Source of the DNA: Octopus sinensis
Taxonomy: Eukaryota
DNA length: 64,000 bases
Assembly: GCF_006345805.1 (NCBI RefSeq)
Contig: NC_043009.1
Location: 63,674,001-63,738,000, forward strand
Direction of reading: 5' to 3'
Positions 23,139 to 38,792 of this stretch are shown here, piece after piece (the first letter of the stretch is position 1; the number at the start of each line of letters is the position of its first letter). The notes below the pieces were generated by a model, which saw only the letters and a program-made list of their open reading frames with translations, did not search any database and was not told the origin of the DNA. The position numbers and the translations under genes were made by a program.

Positions 23139-24403
23139 CAGGGGTTGGACAAAATAATGGAAGCACCTCGCATCATAGCATCATAATTTTGAAATATCTA
23201 TAAAACCATCAAAAATTTGTTTATTTTTATGTTTTTTTTATTTATTAATGTTGCTTAATATGTTTTGCTAAAATTGCTGTTTATTTTCACCTATCTTCAG
23301 AAAAAATCAATTAAAATTCATTAAAATGACAGATCTATCGGACTTTCAAAGAGGTGAAATTGTTGGTGCTCATATGGCAAGTGCTAGCATAACAAAAACA
23401 GCCAAAATGTTTCGTGTATGAAGAAGTACTGTCTCAAAAGTAATGACAACCTTGGAGAAAGTGGGTAAAACCTCCTCATCAAAACAAAACTCCAGAAGAA
23501 AACCAAAATTTTCAGATAGGGACCTTCGGACTCTTATGTGAATAGTTAGAAAGGATCACAAAAATACGGCTCCCAAAATTACTACACAGATTAATGGTCA
23601 CCTAGAGAACCCAGTTTCCACAAAAACTGTTTGCCAGAAGCTGCATAAAACCAGATTTCATGGGAGGGCTGCAATCAGAAAACCACTATTTTCTAAAACA
23701 AACATTGCAAAGCGTTTTGAGTGGAGTAAAAACCTACAGAATTGGTCCCTAGAGCAGTGGAAGAATATTATTTTCTCGGACAAGTCATCCTTATTTCCAA
23801 CAACTGGCCAAGTATACATGTGGAGACAGCTAAAAGAAGCATTTGACCCAGACTGCCTTCTTCCAACTGTTAAACATAGAGGAGGATCTGTGATGATCTG
23901 GGGGCTATATCTTGGAAATCCACTGGCCCAATGGTTTTCTTTCATGGCAGAATTAATAATCAAGACTATTTAAGCATTTTACTAGATCAAATTCATCCTA
24001 TGGTTGCGCAACTGTTTCCAGAGGGAAACACAATCTTTCAGGATGATAATGCACCAAACCACACAGCTAAAGTCATTACTGAATGGCACAAGGAACATTC
24101 TAGTGAAGTTGAACATCTTATCTGACCACCACAGTCCCCCAGATCTCAATATTATTGAACATTTATGGTGCATTTTAGAAAAACAAGTAAGGAGTTGATA
24201 TCCTCCACCATCATCACTACAAGAGCTAGAGACTGTTTTAGCTGAAGAATGGACAAAAATTCCTTTGGAAAGAATTCAAACTTTGTACAAATCCATACCT
24301 CATAGAACTTAAGCTGTAATTACTGCCAAAGGCAGTACTACCACATATTAAGATAAATTTGTTTGAAATTTTAAGGTGTTTCCATTATTTTGTCCAACCC
24401 CTG
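23139..24403 (+). mobile_element. Near-full-length inactive Tc1-family transposon
   Basis: TIRs CAGGGGTTGGACAAAATAATGGAAGCACC / GGTGTTTCCATTATTTTGTCCAACCCCTG, with TA on the right flank. Confidence 0.92.
23326..24351 (+). pseudogene. Tc1 transposase pseudogene with stops and frameshifts
   Basis: Reads MTDLSDFQRGEIVG...WKNIIFSDKS...GGSVMIWG...FQDDNAPNH...SPDLNIIEHLW...TTTY-stop across several frames, with internal TGA codons. Confidence 0.9.
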
Positions 24404-24644
24404 TAGTTAACACATAGAAAGCTCAATGTAACTACAGCTATCGACACAGAAAGTTCAGAATGTATAGTTGTCACACAAACATTACAGTGTGTATAGCTAT
24501 CACACAGACAGCAATGGGTGTATAATTACCACATAGGCAGTCCTGCGTATGTTGTTATCACATAGAAAACAGAATGGTAACGATTACCACACAGACATCT
24601 CTGTGTATGCTGTTATCACACAGGCAATAGAAAATATACAATTA

Positions 24645-25205
24645 TCACCAAGCCATAACAGAGGAATTCAAATCAGGATGCCCATGGGAACTACTATATG
24701 CTGGTGACCTTGCTCTTATTGCAGAATCTGAAGCAGAATTGGAGAAGAAATTCCAGGTATGGAAGCAAAACCCGGAACCAAAGGGCCTTAAAGTTAACAT
24801 AGCAAGGACCAAAATTGTTAGTAAGAATGCGGATAAGACTCTCTTCCCATCAGGGAACTGTCCCTGCTCAGTATGTGGAAAAGGGGTTGGAAGTAATTCC
24901 ATTCACTGCATCCAAGGTAAGCTATGGATACATAAGAGGTGAAGTGGAATCACAAGTAGATTAACAGATAAAGTTGTGTTTGACGTGGCAAATGTGCAGG
25001 ACCAGTAAGCACGAAGGACAGATGCAGCGTGCAAGAAAGAAGACTACATTGGTTTGGACATGTGATACGTGAGAATGAAGACAATTGTATAAAGAAGAGT
25101 TGATCACTGAGAGTGGATGGCACCTGTGGGAGAATGGGACCGAGGAAGACATGAAGTTGTGAGGACCGATCTTGGGATGTTGGGTCTCATGGAGGAGATG
25201 ACAAT
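24645..25205 (+). mobile_element. RTE-clade LINE reverse transcriptase fragment
   Basis: Encodes EEFKSGCPWELLYAGDLALIAES (decayed YADD), GLKVNIARTK, CPCSVCGKGVGSNSIHC and RTDLGMLGLMEEMT, with internal deletions. Confidence 0.88.
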
Positions 25206-27888
25206 ATACCTATTTCTTTACTACCCACAAGGGGCTAAACATAGAGAGGACAAACAAGGACAGACAAACGGATTAAGTCGATTATATCGACTCCAGTGCG
25301 TAACTGGTACTTATTTAATCGACCCCGAAAGGATGAAAGGCAAAGTCGACCTCGGCAGAATTTGAACTCAGAACGTAACGGCAGACGAAATACTGCTAAG
25401 CATTTCGCCCGGCGTGCTAACGCTTCTTCCAGCTACCGAGATGTCTGGTGAGATAAGGTTCTTGGAAAGACCTGCTCACTCCAGCGAAACTGAGTTCTAG
25501 AAGCACTGAGGGTTCCACCCACATGTAACAACAATAAAACTTTTTCCACACCCTACTCCCATAAACCGAACTACATCTTTTCTCCTCTTCTTCATATTTC
25601 TTCTTTCCATACTCTATGCTTATGCTTATCTCTTGCTCCCCAGTCCTGCCCTCACGGTATCATTGCTACCCTGTTGTCCTCCACCCCTTCTATATGCCCA
25701 GATTTTACCAATCACTGCATACCCCACCCCCACCACTTCTTGCATTCATGTGAAGTCTCTACTCCCTACTCATGCACCTTTGGCAATTCCCTACCATTTA
25801 TATTCTGACCCCGTATCTTGAAGGCATGTCCTTCCCTTTTGCCACCACTTATCTCTCCCTAGCTCTTCTCTACCGTCCTATTTATATTCTGATCCCCGGA
25901 CCTTGTGAGCATACCCTGGCACTTTATCACTATCTCTCTCCTGCTCTTTTGCTCTCTTCCTCTCTCTCTCTCTCTCTTCCTCTTGCTCTATCCCTCTGAC
26001 TAGTTGACCATATTATCTCCTCTACAGCAACACACCCATTACTGGCCTCAATCATAATCACTCCTTTTCTCTCTCTCTCTCATCAAGTAATCATGTACCT
26101 CCTCTACAGAAAGACACCTGTTACTCTCTCCCTGTCACACACCAACCTTTCATCATCTGGCACAAGATCACCTCCTCCAATGTCCCTCCCCCTCTCAAAG
26201 GATCTTTGTTTTGCAAGTTACTTGGTGACCCTGGTGGTGCTGGAATCACATATAAAGTATCCAGTCCACATTGTAAAGTGGTTGGCATTTGGAAGGACAT
26301 CTAGCTGTAAAAGCCATGCCAAAACTGATCTCGTCAGTGCTGGTGTCATGTAAAAAGCACTCAGTCCATTCTGCAGGGTATTTGGTGCTAGGAAGGGCAT
26401 CAAACCATAAAAACCATGCCAAAACAGAGAGTGAAACCTGATGCAGTCTTCTCGCTAGCCAGCTCTGGTCAAACTGCCCAACCCATGCTGGTACAGAAAA
26501 TGGATGTTAAATGGCGACGACGACGACAACGATGATGATGACAGTCCTATGTTATTATCACACAGAAAAGAGAATGCTCTGTGTATGATGTTATCACACA
26601 GAAAACAGAATGTCACACAGACAGCCCTGCATACGTTGCTATCACATAGAGAAAACAGAATGCACAGAGTTATCACACAGACAGCCCAGTATATACAGTT
26701 ATTACACAGAAAACAGAATGCTCACACTTATCACAAAGACTGTTCTGTGTATGCTATTATCACACAGACAGTAGAATGTACATTGTTATCACATAGTATG
26801 TATGTTGTTATCTCATAGAAAACAGAATGTTCACAGTTATCACACAAACAACCGTGTAAGATGTTATCACACAGACACCCCTGTGCATGCTGTTATCACA
26901 CAGAAAACAGAATGTCACACACACAGCCCTGCATACGTTGCTATCACATAGAGAAAACAGGATGTGCAGAGCTATCACACAGGCAGCCCAGCATATACAG
27001 TTATCACACAGTGAACCATATGTTTACAACAAGCACACAGACTAGGTATATGCAGTCTGCAGATATGCTTAAGAGTTTCTAAACAATATCTTCCATATAT
27101 AGAATAAGATAATTAATTTTCCTGCAAGCTGAGTCAACGAGAATAGTCAGAGCTTTTTTTGGAGTGTTTGAAGTGTGAACTGTGTTAAATATAGCCATAA
27201 AAATAGAGAACCAAGTTATGGAAAGAAAAAGAAGTTGATAAATACTGTGTTATAAATGGCAAATAAATAGTTTAGACCATGATCGTTGGTGTGGAAGAAG
27301 TTAAAATTGAAGAAATCTAAAGATACCACACAACGTATCATGAGAAAGTTAAGACAACTTGACTGTGAATGAAGCAAAAGGTCAAGAGTAGCAACCAGTT
27401 ATGATAAGTCTGTGGAAAGGGTTACTGGGCGAACGATGCAATGGGGTAGTTTAAGATGTCATTAATATTATTACACAGTGAATGGAACGATATAGAATGA
27501 GATAATGAGGGAAGATAAGCAATATGAAGACTAGAATGAAATCAAAATTACCATCAGAATTGCTGACAAGATTAAACTACAGGCTAAAGTAAAAGAAAGA
27601 AAAAAAAAGAGAGAAAAAAAGAAAGGCAATGAAAAAAATGATTACTTTCAGCCAAAACCAGATTGTTATTTATAAAAGAAAACAGATTAAGTCTTGTCAA
27701 AGATCCATCGAAATGGGAAAACATCCAAGCATGTCTGTCTGTCTGTCTGACTGTCTATCTATCTATCTACACACACACAAACAAACATATATACATATAT
27801 ATATATATATATATGGAGAGAGGGAGAGAAAAAGATGAAGAGAAGGGGAATACGTGTATATGTTTGTGTGTGTGGGTGCATGCATATA

Positions 27889-27956
<68 letters not shown>

Positions 27957-28237
27957 TCCCAGCCATCTATTGTTGCCAACAATGATCTCTCTCTATATAT
28001 GTGTGTGTGTTTGTGTACATGTTTGTGAGTGTGTGTGTGTATATATATATTCATAGCAAAGTGCAGGGTTAGACGTAAGCCCTAAACATATATACAAGTG
28101 TGCACTGTACATGCATATATATATATATATATATATACATATAAACCGGCCTTCCTCATTTTTAATATATACTGCTCTACATCTTAGAGTGTGCTTCTTT
28201 CGGATTTATGTTTTTTACAAATTATATATATATATAT

Positions 28238-28395
28238 GAGTGGCTGTGTGGTAAGTAGCTTGTTTACCAACCACATGGTTCCGGGTTCAGTCCCACTGTG
28301 TAGCACCTTGGGCAAGTGTCTTCTACTATAGCCTCGGGCCAACCAAAGCCTTGTGAGTAGATTTGGTAGACGGAAACTAAAAGAAGCCCATCGTA

Positions 28396-28439
<44 letters not shown>

Positions 28440-28658
28440 TGTGTGTGTCTGTGTTTGTCCTCCTAGCATTGCTTGACAACCGATGCTTGTGTGTTTATGT
28501 CCCCGTTACTTAGCAGTTCGGCAAAAAGAGACCGATAGAATAAGTACTGGGCTTACAAAAGAATAAGTCCCAGGGTCGAGTTTGCTTGATTAAAGGCGGT
28601 GCTCCAGCATGGCCGCAGTCAAATGACTGAAACAAGTAAAAGAGTAAAAGAGTAAAAG
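28238..28658 (+). mobile_element. Family A SINE
   Basis: Full copy ending in GAGTAAAA tandem tail units. Confidence 0.85.
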
Positions 28659-28667
28659 ACTATATAT

Positions 28668-28719
<52 letters not shown>

Positions 28720-29244
28720 GTTACATAACATATACGAATATCCATCGTCCCTATTGACAAAGAGACATATGCACAATAATACACACCACACATTAGCAGA
28801 AAGAGAATTGATGGTTTTATATACGGAAATTGGCATCCTTTACTTTCCTCCTCTTCTTCCTCCTCCTCCTCCTCCTCCTCCTTCTTTCTTCTTGTGGCTT
28901 ACTAAATTGTGAAGTAAGTCATGAGTCTTTCTTGTGAGGGGGGAGAAAAAAAATGGATAAAATAACGATCAAGAGAAGAAGAAGAAGAAGTAGAAGAAGA
29001 AGAAGAAGTGATGTAATCTTGAATGTTCTTCTGCATTCCATTGTTGCTGCCGTATTTATGAAATATTACATCCGAGTGCAGTTGTTGGTGCAGATGAGTT
29101 GCACGTGTAATAACGATGGCAAGCTAATTTAGTCTAATAACAGTCTGCAGATAAGAATTGGCAGTTTTACTGTGAATGCCTGATTGTGGGGGGTGACTGT
29201 GTTTTAACAAACACCCTCTTACGATTACAGATGGCAGAGATGAG

Positions 29245-30560
29245 AGTTATGATAAACACACACACACATACACACACACACACACACATACACACACACA
29301 CACATACACACATACACAATATTAAAAGCACACATACACACGCAATATTTAAAAAAACATACATGCAATATCAAAGAAAAACACATACACACACTATTAA
29401 AAAAAACATGCACTATATCAAAAAAGACACATGCACACACAATACTAAAAAAACATACACGCACTTAACATAAGCCTGCAATAGGTAACACACATACATA
29501 CACATAAAGTAAGTGCACTTATATAATAAGTACATACACACACACACACACACCACACACACACACAAGTAGAAACACACGTGACATAGATACAGACATT
29601 CTTTGGAAAGGCACGTAACATAAACACAATTATACATTGTGTACAAATACACACACACACACACATACACACCCACACACACACACACATACACACCCAC
29701 ACACACACACAATTGAAACATGATATAAACAAACACATACACAACATAAGCAAATATGCTCACAATAGAAACACAAATAAAAATAAACAAACACACCTAC
29801 CCCCACCCACTCACACACCCACCCACCCCCACACCCACACACAGAATAGAAACACACATAAAAAACACATACAGAAACACACACAGCTTCCACAATAGGT
29901 ACACATAATACACAGAGGCAATAACACACGTAACATAAATACACACACACTTTAGAAATATCCATAGCATAAACACACACACCCAATGGACACATATAAC
30001 TTAAACAAACACACTCATATAAAGTAAACAAACACACACACACACACTCACCCCTCACCACCACCCCCGGGGGCCACCCCAGTTAAACAAATATTAACAT
30101 CAAAATTACACAAGGTACACAGGAGACAAAAAAGATGCTTTAAAAGATGACATCATCATCATCATCATCATCAACCTCATCCTCCTCCTCCTCCTCCTCA
30201 TCATCATCATCATCATCATCCTCATCATCATCATCGTCATCATTATCATCATCATCGTCATCATCATCATCGTCATCATCAACCTCATCCTCATCATTAT
30301 CATCATCGCTAATTGTTGTTATTGATAACATCATCATGAATGTAGCCATTAGTGACGTCACCATCATCATCATAATCATCATCGTCACCAACACCACCAC
30401 CACCGCCGACACCACTACTGCAGTTTTTATAGATTTAATCACCATCGCCCTCATTGTAGGTATTGATGTCATCATCAGTCACACCATTGCTTCACTAAGT
30501 TTACTATTTAATAATGAGAAGAACAGGTGATTGGAGAGGTCATCATCACCATCATCATCA
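29245..30560. repeat. CA-rich low-complexity tract followed by (CAT)n/(CCT)n
   Basis: Directly visible. Confidence 0.9.
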
Positions 30561-32424
30561 TCATCAACATCATTTAACATCCCTTTTTTTTTTATTTCTC
30601 CATGCTGGCATGGGTCGGATGTCCTGACATGAAATGACAAGCCAGAAGGCTGTGCTGAGCTCCAATGTCTACTCGCGTATGGTTTCTACAGCTGGATGCC
30701 CTCCCTAATGCCAGAATCTACTGGGAGCATTTTTCACGGCACCAGCATAGGTGGGGGTCACCAAATACCTGCAAGACAAGATCCCTGAACTGAGTGGGGG
30801 CGGGTATAAGTATGATTGAGGGATATGGAAGTATGGTAGAGGGACGGAGTGAGTGTCTTGCTGAAGAAGTGAATACATGATTTCTCCATGTGGAAAAAGA
30901 AAGAGAGATGTGAGGGTCAAGGTAAGAGGTGAATTTGAGAGACAGAAATAGGATAGAGTAGTGGTCCTCAGCTGGGGTCCACTTGGCCTTTAAGGGTCCT
31001 TATAAGATTTTGTTGTGAACATTTATATGCAATAAATTGTTTATATTTCTACAATACATAAAATACTCTGAAATTTTGGGGGAGGGTGCCAGTCGATTAG
31101 ATCAATCCCAGTACGCAACTAGTACTTAATTTATCAACCCCGAAAGGATGAAAGGCAAAGTCAACCTCTGCGGAATTTGAAATCAGAACATAAAGGCAGA
31201 TGAAATACCTATTTCTTTACTACCCACAAGGGGCTAACCACAGAGAGGACAAACAAGGACAGACAAACGGATTAAGTCGGTTATATCGACCCCAGTAACT
31301 GGTACTTATTTAATCAACCCCGAAAGGATGAAAGGCAAAGTTGACCTCGGTGGAATTTGAACTCAGAGCGTAAAGATAGACGAAATATCTCTAAGCATTT
31401 CTCCCAGCACGCTAACATTTCTGCCAGCCTGCCACCTTACAATACATAATATATTGTAACAATATTTCTATACAATTCCAAATAACATATAAGTATAAAA
31501 ATATAATCATTTTCTTTTTTGTTTTTACCATTGGATGAGTATGAGGGCCCACCCAAGTAAAATAGGAATCGAAGGGGTCCATAGGCAAAAAAAGTGGACA
31601 ACCACCAGGATAGAGGAACAGAAAACACAGGGAGGTAAGAGTACAGGAATAGAATATAGTGTGACAGATAATAAGAGATGGGTATTGAGTTGGATGCAAT
31701 AGGGGTCAGTTTGGAGAGAGGAAATGAAGAAAGGAAATAAAAGACTTCTCTAAAAGAAAATAAATCCAACTTTCTATCATTGGAATTCCCAAACAAACCC
31801 TACAAGTCCTCAGTATTCACAAGCAGCTGGTATCTTTTATCATTTATTTGTTTCAGTCATTGGACTATGCCCATGCTGGGGCACCACCCTGAAGGGTTTA
31901 GTGGGACAAATTAACCCCAGTACTTAAGTCTGGTGCATATTCTATCGGTGTCTTTTGCTGAGCGGTTAAGTTACGGGGACATAAAGAAACCAACACTGGT
32001 GATCAAGTGATGTGTAGGACAAACACAGACACATAAAAACATATATATATATATATATATATATGATGGGTTTCTTTCAGTTTCTATCTACCAAATCCAC
32101 TCACAAGGTTTTGGTAGAAGACACTTGCACAAGGTGCCACACAGTGGGACTGAACCTGGAACCATGTGGATGGGAAGCAAGCCTCTTACCACACAGCCGC
32201 GACTGCACCTATATATATGTATATATATATGTGCATATATATATATATATCATCATCATCATCATCATTTAGCGTCCGTTCTCCATGCTAGCATGGGTTG
32301 GACGGTTCAACTGGGGTCTGTGAAGCTGGAAGGCTTCATCAGGCCCAGTCAGATCTGGCAGTGTTTCTACGGCTGGATGCCCTTCCTAACGCCAACCACT
32401 CCGTGAGTGTAGTGGGTGCTTTTT

Positions 32425-33149
<725 letters not shown>

Positions 33150-33911
33150 AGCTCCATCACAGTTTCTGTCTATCAAATCCACCCACAAGACATTGATCGG
33201 CCCAGAGTTTCTGTCCCACTGTGAGGAATTGAAACCATGGGGGTGCAAAGCAAGCTTCTTAACCGCACAGCCATGCCTGCATAATCACAAATATATCAAC
33301 AGGAATTGCAAAGTTGCCATTCTGATTCCTTGCAAAAGATTTCATTCTTTGGCTCAGAACCCAGGAATTGACTCTTATGTGTCATTGACACTTCTGATTT
33401 TGATTCCCACTATAACAGCAACTGCTGCTGTTGCTGCTGCAACAAACTGCCAAGTGAAGGTCATGGTTTAAGAGTTGGCAGAGAGGTAGCTCTCTCTCCA
33501 ACAATTGATGTGTAAATATCTAGTTTAGAACACACAAACAGTTATGGGTTGCCCAGGTCTGCAATGCAGTACATCTATCAATTTAAACGTCCCGGCATTC
33601 TAGCATGGGTTGCCCAGGTCTGCAATGCAGTACATCTATCAATTTAAACATCCTAAACATGTTAGCATGGGTTGAAGTAGGTTTAATAAAACATGGGAAG
33701 GGTGTCTTAGTGGTGGTGACGAGAGGAGGGGGGTTAGAGGGAGAGAGGGAGTGAGAGAGGGGTAGGTGAGACACGAAGGCTGGTAGATGGTGTGATCAAG
33801 GTGTGTAAAATCTTTCTGAATTCAATGATTCGCACAACAATTGGCAACATGTCTAACAAGTGTGGAGAGAAATAACTCACCTCATACATCTTCATAACAT
33901 CTGTCACTTTA

Positions 33912-33942
<31 letters not shown>

Positions 33943-34094
33943 GCTAAACTCCAGTCGCAATTGAAGCCATATTACATACACTATGTGTATGTTTGCATGT
34001 GTGTGTGTATGCACGTGTGTGTGTGTGTGTGGTTTGTTTTATCTCAATTAAATGTATCTCCACCTCTCTCCCTCTGTCTCTTTCTTTCTTAGAG

Positions 34095-34830
34095 TTTTCT
34101 TCCACTCCAGGCTTCTGTCTAGTAGGCTGCACCAGGCCCCAATCTGATCAGGCAGTGTTTCTACAGCTGGATGCCCTTCCTAACGCCAACCACTCCAAGA
34201 GTTTTAGTGGGTGCTTTTTACGTGCCACCAGCACAGGAGCCAGTCAGGCGGCCCTGGCACTGATCACGTTCGGATGGCGCTTTTTATGTGCCACTGGCAT
34301 GGTGGCCAGTCAGGTGGCCCTGGCATCAACCATGTTTTTTGCATGCCACCAGTACAGGAGCCAGTCAGGGTCCACTGGTATCGACCATGTTCGGATGATG
34401 CATTTACATGCCACCGGAATGGGAGCCAGTCAGGCGGCCCTGGCATCGATCACACTTGGATAGTGCTTTTTATGTCCCATGGCATGGGAGCCAGTCAACG
34501 GCACAGGCATCAGCCACATTTGGCTGGTGCTTTTTATGTGCCACCGTCACGGGACCCATTCAGGGGGCACTCGCATTGATCACATCTGGATTGTGCTTTG
34601 TACTTGCCACCAGCACAGAAGCCAGTCGGTTGATGCATTTTATGTGCAACCGGAATGAGAGCCAGTCAGGTGACACTGGCCACAGCTACAATTTTGGTTT
34701 TACTTGACTCAACAGGTCTTCTCAAGCATATCATATCACCTGACACATCAAAGGTACTTTTAAATGGGCCGGACATGCAACACTGGCATCAGCCATGGCT
34801 GCGATCTCACTTTAAAGAAGACTTAGCTAC
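34095..34830 (-). mobile_element. Family B RTE 3' UTR fragment with an expanded, diverged internal tandem repeat
   Basis: Multiple GTGCCAC...GGAGCCAGTCAGG units. Other family B ends at about 1960, 12595, 26210, 30540, 32250, 36980, 38990, 46350, 54460 and 55445. Confidence 0.7.
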
Positions 34831-36825
34831 TAGTTTTAGTAAGTGTTCACATAGAGACTCTCTTGTTTTCTCTCACGTTGTTTAAAACCCTACCCACCCA
34901 TCCCAGGTCAACCTTGATTGAACAGCTCTATGATGAAAGACATTACAATTGTAACAAGTCCTTCTTTTCAGGAATATTTAGGACAGTAGTTGCTAATGTA
35001 TCCTGTTTTAAATAAGAAATTATGGTGTGATTTCAGGGGGGGGGAGGGTTAAGCCACCACTTGCTATTTCTAGCGTACGTTGTTGTTTTTGCTGTTGTTG
35101 TTGTGGTGGTGGTGGTATGTAGCTCTTGGTGGTATTGATAGTAGTTTGGGTAGTTGTATGGATAGTATTGCTGTTGTTAGTGATGTAAGACTTTTGGTGG
35201 TAGTAGTGGTAGTTTAAGTGGTAATAGTTGTGGTATTGTTGTTGTTGATGGTGGTGGTAGTGGTGGTAGTGGTGGTGATGGTGGTGGCAGCAGTGGTGGT
35301 GGGGACAGCAGTAGTGGTAGTGGTGGTGATGGTGGTGGCAGCAGTGTTGGGTGGGCAGCAGTGGTGGTGAGGGCAGCAGTAGTGGTAGTGATAGTGGTGG
35401 TGGTGGTGGTGGTGGCATTAATAATTTTTTTTTTTGTTCTTACAAAACCTCGTTTGTGGATCTTAACGGGGTCATTACCAGATCCCGTATTACAAATGTT
35501 GGAAGTTGGAGGTCAGAAACATGAAAATATCTGGCATATATCGGAAAACTGTTGACTAAAATTAACATTATAAATAAACTCTGTGTGTGTCTTCCTTCCA
35601 GTAAGAGGTGGTGGGCACAACAACCAAATAAGAATAATGCATATAATACACACACACACACCCAGACAAACATTCACACACAAACATACTAACAATAAAA
35701 ATCGACCGACCTGCTCTCCTAATGAATATGTTGATAATTTCATATACATTGAAGCGATAATTAAGTCAATATGCCATTTATAACAATCGGGGAAATTAAA
35801 CTTAGCTTGTTCCACCAGCTTGAATGATAAAATATTTTGGCTGGCAGAAGGTAACACCTTGTAATTTCTCCCATACAAACAATATGCTATTGATTAGAAC
35901 CGACTTTTTTGGTGTAAATGAATTATTACCTGTCCTGCAGTTTATGACATACGTTTCTTGTTTAAATATACAAAAGGTATAGGATATATAGGTGTATACA
36001 GGTAGGATAGACAGGTAGGATATATATATAGGTGTATATAGGTAGGATATATGTGGAGACACTCTTGTTCCCTCTCATGTTGTTGTTGGTGTATAAACCC
36101 CCATTCACCATCTACTCCACTACTCAGGTAGGGGCACTGAAAGGGGTCTCAGAAGGTAGCGTCCCTGCCTTCCTGAGCTAGTTTTTCACCACATTTCTTA
36201 AAAATCGTAGTAGAGGCCTTGGTCTCGGGACCACTCGTGTCTAGAAACTGAGGTTGGGGGGGGGTAAACAAGAGCATGCTTCCCATAGAAAATCCAGCTC
36301 CAAAAAAAGCCTCATGATAGCAAGGGGGAATGGACACCAGCCAACCCAAAGGTTGGGGTGGGCTGCACCTGCCTACCTCAGTTGCTACGGCATTGATGTA
36401 GATCCAGCCACCTCCGTTAACGGGGACAAAACCCAGATTTAAAACACTGGATGGTGATGATATAGAATAACGGATTGTAGTTTACATTTAGACATTTTTA
36501 ATTTTGGTCAAATTGGAAATGAAAAACAATAGCAGAAGATTCTGGCAGAAAAGTGCTTTCACCAAGAAATAGTTCTTGTTGAAAAAAAACCAAGGCTAGT
36601 GCAGATCAAGAGGATATGTGAAGAAAGGCTTTCCAATTGTGATCATCACCTCTTTTTTTTTTTTATCCTTCAGATACACTTCCCAACCATGAGGCCCGAG
36701 TCTTGTTGTGTGGCGCCTTGGACAAGTGTCTCCTACTATATATAACTCTGCTGGGCCAACCAAAGCTTTCAGAGTAGATCTGGTAGACAAAAACTGAAAG
36801 AAGCCCATTGTGTGTGTGTGTGTGT

Positions 36826-36870
<45 letters not shown>

Positions 36871-37409
36871 CGTGCGTGTGTGTGTACATCCTTGTGTTGG
36901 TATCACATGATGATTGAAAATTAGTTTCGCCATCATACAAGCAATTCTGTTCCTTTCCAATCCCCCACAAAAACATGTCTGGCCTGTGGGGAAATATTGC
37001 CTTGCTTGGAAAGATGTAAGGGTTGGTGACAGGAAGGGCATCTGACCATAGAAAATGTACTTCAAAAAATTCAATCCAATCCATACAAGCATGGAAAAGT
37101 GATGCTTCCAGTAAACAGCAGTGAAGTGTTTAGTACAGAAAGCCAGGAGAGGTAAGTGTTTAGAATTGAGTGGGTAGGTGTTCAGAACAAAGAGATAGAG
37201 GAGGGTGGTGGTTAGGGAGGTGTTCAGAATACAGGGGGGAAAGTGTTCAGTTTAAGGGAGGGCATTTAGTATAGAAAGGAAACAAACCCCAAAAGTAAAG
37301 TCCAATTTGTGAAGTTAATCAACAAACAGAGCAAGAGTCAATTTATCACAGCGCGTATGTGTGTGTGTGTGCGCATGCGTGCATGTGTGTGTGTGTTTGT
37401 CTGTGTGTG

Positions 37410-37450
<41 letters not shown>

Positions 37451-38506
37451 TGTGTGAGTGTGTGTGTGTGTGTGTGTGTGCGTGTGTTTAGGTGAAGGGG
37501 TTATCATCAAGGTGAAACGACAGATTCATGAGACATCAATGTTAGATATGAGTCAACGTTAGAAACTTTGCCCTCACATTTTCTTCAACAATTCGCTGTG
37601 ATTAACGAGAGAGAGAGTTTATCAAAATTCTCTCCAAGTTAACAATGATTAAAATGTATTTCAGTTCCAAAGATTACAACAGAGAGAGAGAGAGAGAGAG
37701 AGAAGGGGGGGGCAGAGAGAGAATGGTTACCATCTTCAATAGTTGACTTTTAGTAAATCTGTGGAACACAACTAGATAATGGGGTTAGTAAAAGCTATTG
37801 AAAAATGGTAGCAGCAGAACAATGAGAGACACACTGATTCCACAGATTAATGCCATTAACCTTAGCTATTTCACTCTACTGAAATATTTCGTGAACAGCA
37901 TAAAAGAACATGCGTGTTCTCTATGCAAATGTAGATGTGTATGTACATGCATGAAATTGTGCAAGTATGTGTGTGTCTGTGTGTGTGAGTATGTGTATGT
38001 ATGTTAAGTGTGCTTATTGGGAACAAGACTGTGCTTTACTTCCAGCTTTTTCTAACAGTTTCTTTTGTATGTTTTTACGAAATATTATGTATTTTGTTCA
38101 AAATGAAACCATTTTACTGTACAGTGTGTATTGTAGAGAGTGATGTAATACTGTGCAATGTATTACAATGTTGTATAACATCATCGTGGCACTCTGTTGG
38201 TTACGACGACGAGGGTTCCAGTTGATCCGAGCAACGGAACAGCCTCCTCATGAAATTAACGTGCAAGTGACTTAGTAGACATGTGTATCTTTAACGTAGT
38301 TCTCGAGGAGATTCAGCATGACACAGAGGGTGACAAGGCTGGCCCCTTTGAAATAAAGGTACAACAGAAACAGGAAGAAAGAAGTTGTGAAAGAAAACAG
38401 CAGAGTTTTCACTCAATAAACACTCACAACGAAACCACAATCCTATGACAGCAAATCTACGGCCCAAACCACAGGGCCATTGCACCTCCACATAACATCA
38501 TACAAC

Positions 38507-38792
38507 ATTCTACAATACAGTTCTATATTTAAGAGATGAGGAATTATTTACATTATTTACATTTGATGTATATTTGTCCTCATCTTGTTTGTTGTTAACA
38601 CGTTTCAGCTGATATGCCCTCCAGCCTTTATCAGGTGTCTTGGAGCCTCATTCTTAAGATATTTTTCAATGTTGTTGTTGTTGTTATTATTATTATTAAT
38701 ATTATTATTATTATTATTCAGGTCACTGCTTGGAATCGAATTCAGAATCTTGGGGTTAGTGGCCCGTGCTCTTAACCACTACGCCATATGTC
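38507..38792 (-). mobile_element. Family E SINE-like copy (decayed)
   Basis: Reverse-complement head, (AAT)n and tail, with a mutated ribozyme core (CTGATAA). Confidence 0.75.

Larger units (their letters stand above)
22480..27020. repeat. Degenerate GTTATCACACAGA minisatellite split by later insertions
   Basis: The same unit appears at ~22480-22690, 23035-23138, 24404-24645 and 26545-27020, separated by SINE, Tc1 and LINE inserts. Confidence 0.7.

Noticed and set aside
33881-33911. Candidate cassette exon ending GAG|GTGAGT
   Set aside because: The acceptors are weak (GT-repeat upstream) and the lengths of 31 or 20 nt break the frame; no homology.
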